Assembly (NCBI GenBank): GCA_036520235.1
Contig: DATDKA010000150.1
Span: forward strand, 1-51,120
Direction: 5' to 3'
DNA length: 51,120 nt
Source: Gaiellaceae bacterium
GTDB lineage: Bacteria > Actinomycetota > Thermoleophilia > Gaiellales > Gaiellaceae
A model generated the notes under the pieces. The model was not told the DNA's origin, did no database searches, and saw only the letters and a program-made list of their open reading frames with translations. Position numbers and translations under genes: made by a program. Below, piece by piece: positions 50,286-51,120 of the stretch (the stretch's first letter is position 1; each line of letters opens with the position of its first letter).

Positions 50286-51120
50286 GTCCCGCTTCGCGAG
50301 CGGGATTGCGCGCGGGTCGGTGATCGGCACCAGCCGGCCCTGTCGGATCAGCTCCTCGTCCACGCCGCCGAGGCGCCCGCCGAAGGTGGTGTAGACGGGG
50401 ACGCCGAGCGCAGCGGCCTCCCGGTTCATCGTCCCTCCCGCCGAGACGACGAGGTCCGAAAGCGCGATCAAGCTCTGCGCGTCGACGGCGCGCTCCGCGA
50501 CGATCACCGACGGCAGCTCGAGCGTGCGGACGTAGGTGCCTTGCTCCTTCGTTCGCGGCAGCACCACGGCGTGCACGTTCTCCTGCTCGCCGAGGTGGCG
50601 CAGGAGCTGCGGAAAGAGCGGGTTCGATCGGCGGTGGTAGAGGGAGACGTCGGGTGGCGTGCGGACGACGACGAGGATCCGCTCGCGGTCGAGCGAAAGG
50701 CGCTCGACGAGCGAGCGGTCCGGCTCGAAGTCGGCCAGGTAGTACTCCTCTTTCAGGCCGGGGTACTGCCTCAGCTTCGGGGGGCGGACCCCGTACCGCG
50801 CGAGCCGCTCCGGCGGGATCGCGTCCGGGACGACGACGTGCGTGGCCGCGCGAAGACCCAGCTGGTGCTGGAGCCACGCGAACTCGTAATCGAAGGTCGT
50901 CGAGCTCGGAACCCCGAGCCGCCGCGCCGTGATCGTGAGCTCGTGGGAGCCGTGGGCGAGCGCGTGGTCGAAGTTGCGCCCTCGCGCCCACTTGCGGAGG
51001 GCGCCCAGCCGGGACGTGAGCGCGCGGGCCTTGCCGAGCGCCGCGCGGCCGCCGTGCGACCCGAAGACCTCGGCCTCGACCCCGTGGAGCTCGAGCAGCT
51101 CGAGCGTCTGCGCGTAGTTG
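50220..51120 (-). CDS. DUF354-family protein (GT-B-like), 3' part; the start lies beyond the window
   Basis: The reverse frame is open from 51119. ...HGSHELTITARRLGVPSSTTFDYEF...YPGLKEEYYLADFEPD...VVLPRTKEQG...DLVVSAGGTMNREAAALGVPVYT. The track shows only the last 118 aa. Confidence 0.75.
   Translation of the reverse strand, partial: NYAQTLELLELHGVEAEVFGSHGGRAALGKARALTSRLGALRKWARGRNFDHALAHGSHELTITARRLGVPSSTTFDYEFAWLQHQLGLRAATHVVVPDAIPPERLARYGVRPPKLRQYPGLKEEYYLADFEPDRSLVERLSLDRERILVVVRTPPDVSLYHRRSNPLFPQLLRHLGEQENVHAVVLPRTKEQGTYVRTLELPSVIVAERAVDAQSLIALSDLVVSAGGTMNREAAALGVPVYTTFGGRLGGVDEELIRQGRLVPITDPRAIPLAKRDSAGRERIRRDPAELLELLLAP

Noticed and set aside
1-51120. Search for rRNA/tRNA genes, CRISPR arrays, IS elements, integrases, prophage or toxin-antitoxin/defence cassettes
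   Set aside because: No intergenic region is long enough or has cloverleaf-like or direct-repeat/spacer structure. No transposase-, recombinase- or phage-like translation was seen in any frame. The only repeats are the coding 21-bp tandem (45930-45971) and the protease 3' remnant (1328-1468).

Overview
High-GC (about 70%), densely packed bacterial chromosome. Gene content and signals suggest a deep-branching Actinomycetota-like organism (inference only). I call about 57 CDSs. Many are chained by 1-4 nt start/stop overlaps (ATGA, GTGA, TGATG). I found no rRNA, tRNA, CRISPR array, transposase or integrase. Left to right: (1) the 5' end of paaA, divergent from a TetR/PaaR-like repressor with a palindromic operator between them; (2) a 3' remnant of a paralogous protease gene, then a 1175-aa secreted M36 (fungalysin-type) metalloprotease; (3) a VOC protein and a DAG-kinase-like lipid kinase; (4) a six-gene DUF4129 / MoxR / DUF58 / alpha-beta-hydrolase operon; (5) a 2-oxoacid dehydrogenase E1alpha-E1beta-E2 operon interrupted by a glycolipid-binding-like gene and a HIRAN-domain gene; (6) a CHRD protein; (7) a phosphodiesterase-pcm-acyP-PRC-GtrA block followed by two GT-C-like membrane glycosyltransferases; (8) ymdB, a degenerate LytM protein, perM, hemB and hemL; (9) a small membrane protein, a PQQ sugar dehydrogenase with a C-terminal PASTA domain, and an adenylate-cyclase/STAND/TPR protein; (10) a Bacillus/b6f-type split qcrABC, directly followed by a coupled menaquinone operon (menG, polyprenyl synthase, VOC, PNPOx, PNPOx::MenA fusion, Rieske oxygenase); (11) an ABC-2 exporter; (12) an exopolysaccharide region (NAGPA-like glycosidase, MatAB-like deacetylase-GT2, DedA, DegT, CapD, DUF354). 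The most unusual items are the quinone-tailoring-like operon with the MenA fusion, the HIRAN cassette inside the dehydrogenase operon, and the PASTA-dehydrogenase/cyclase-STAND pair. Also notable are three conserved genes with no canonical start codon (ATA or CTG overlapping the upstream stop) and a recurrent TANNNT-N7-9-start leaderless-promoter geometry. All calls rest on reading translations and motifs by eye. No database search was run.
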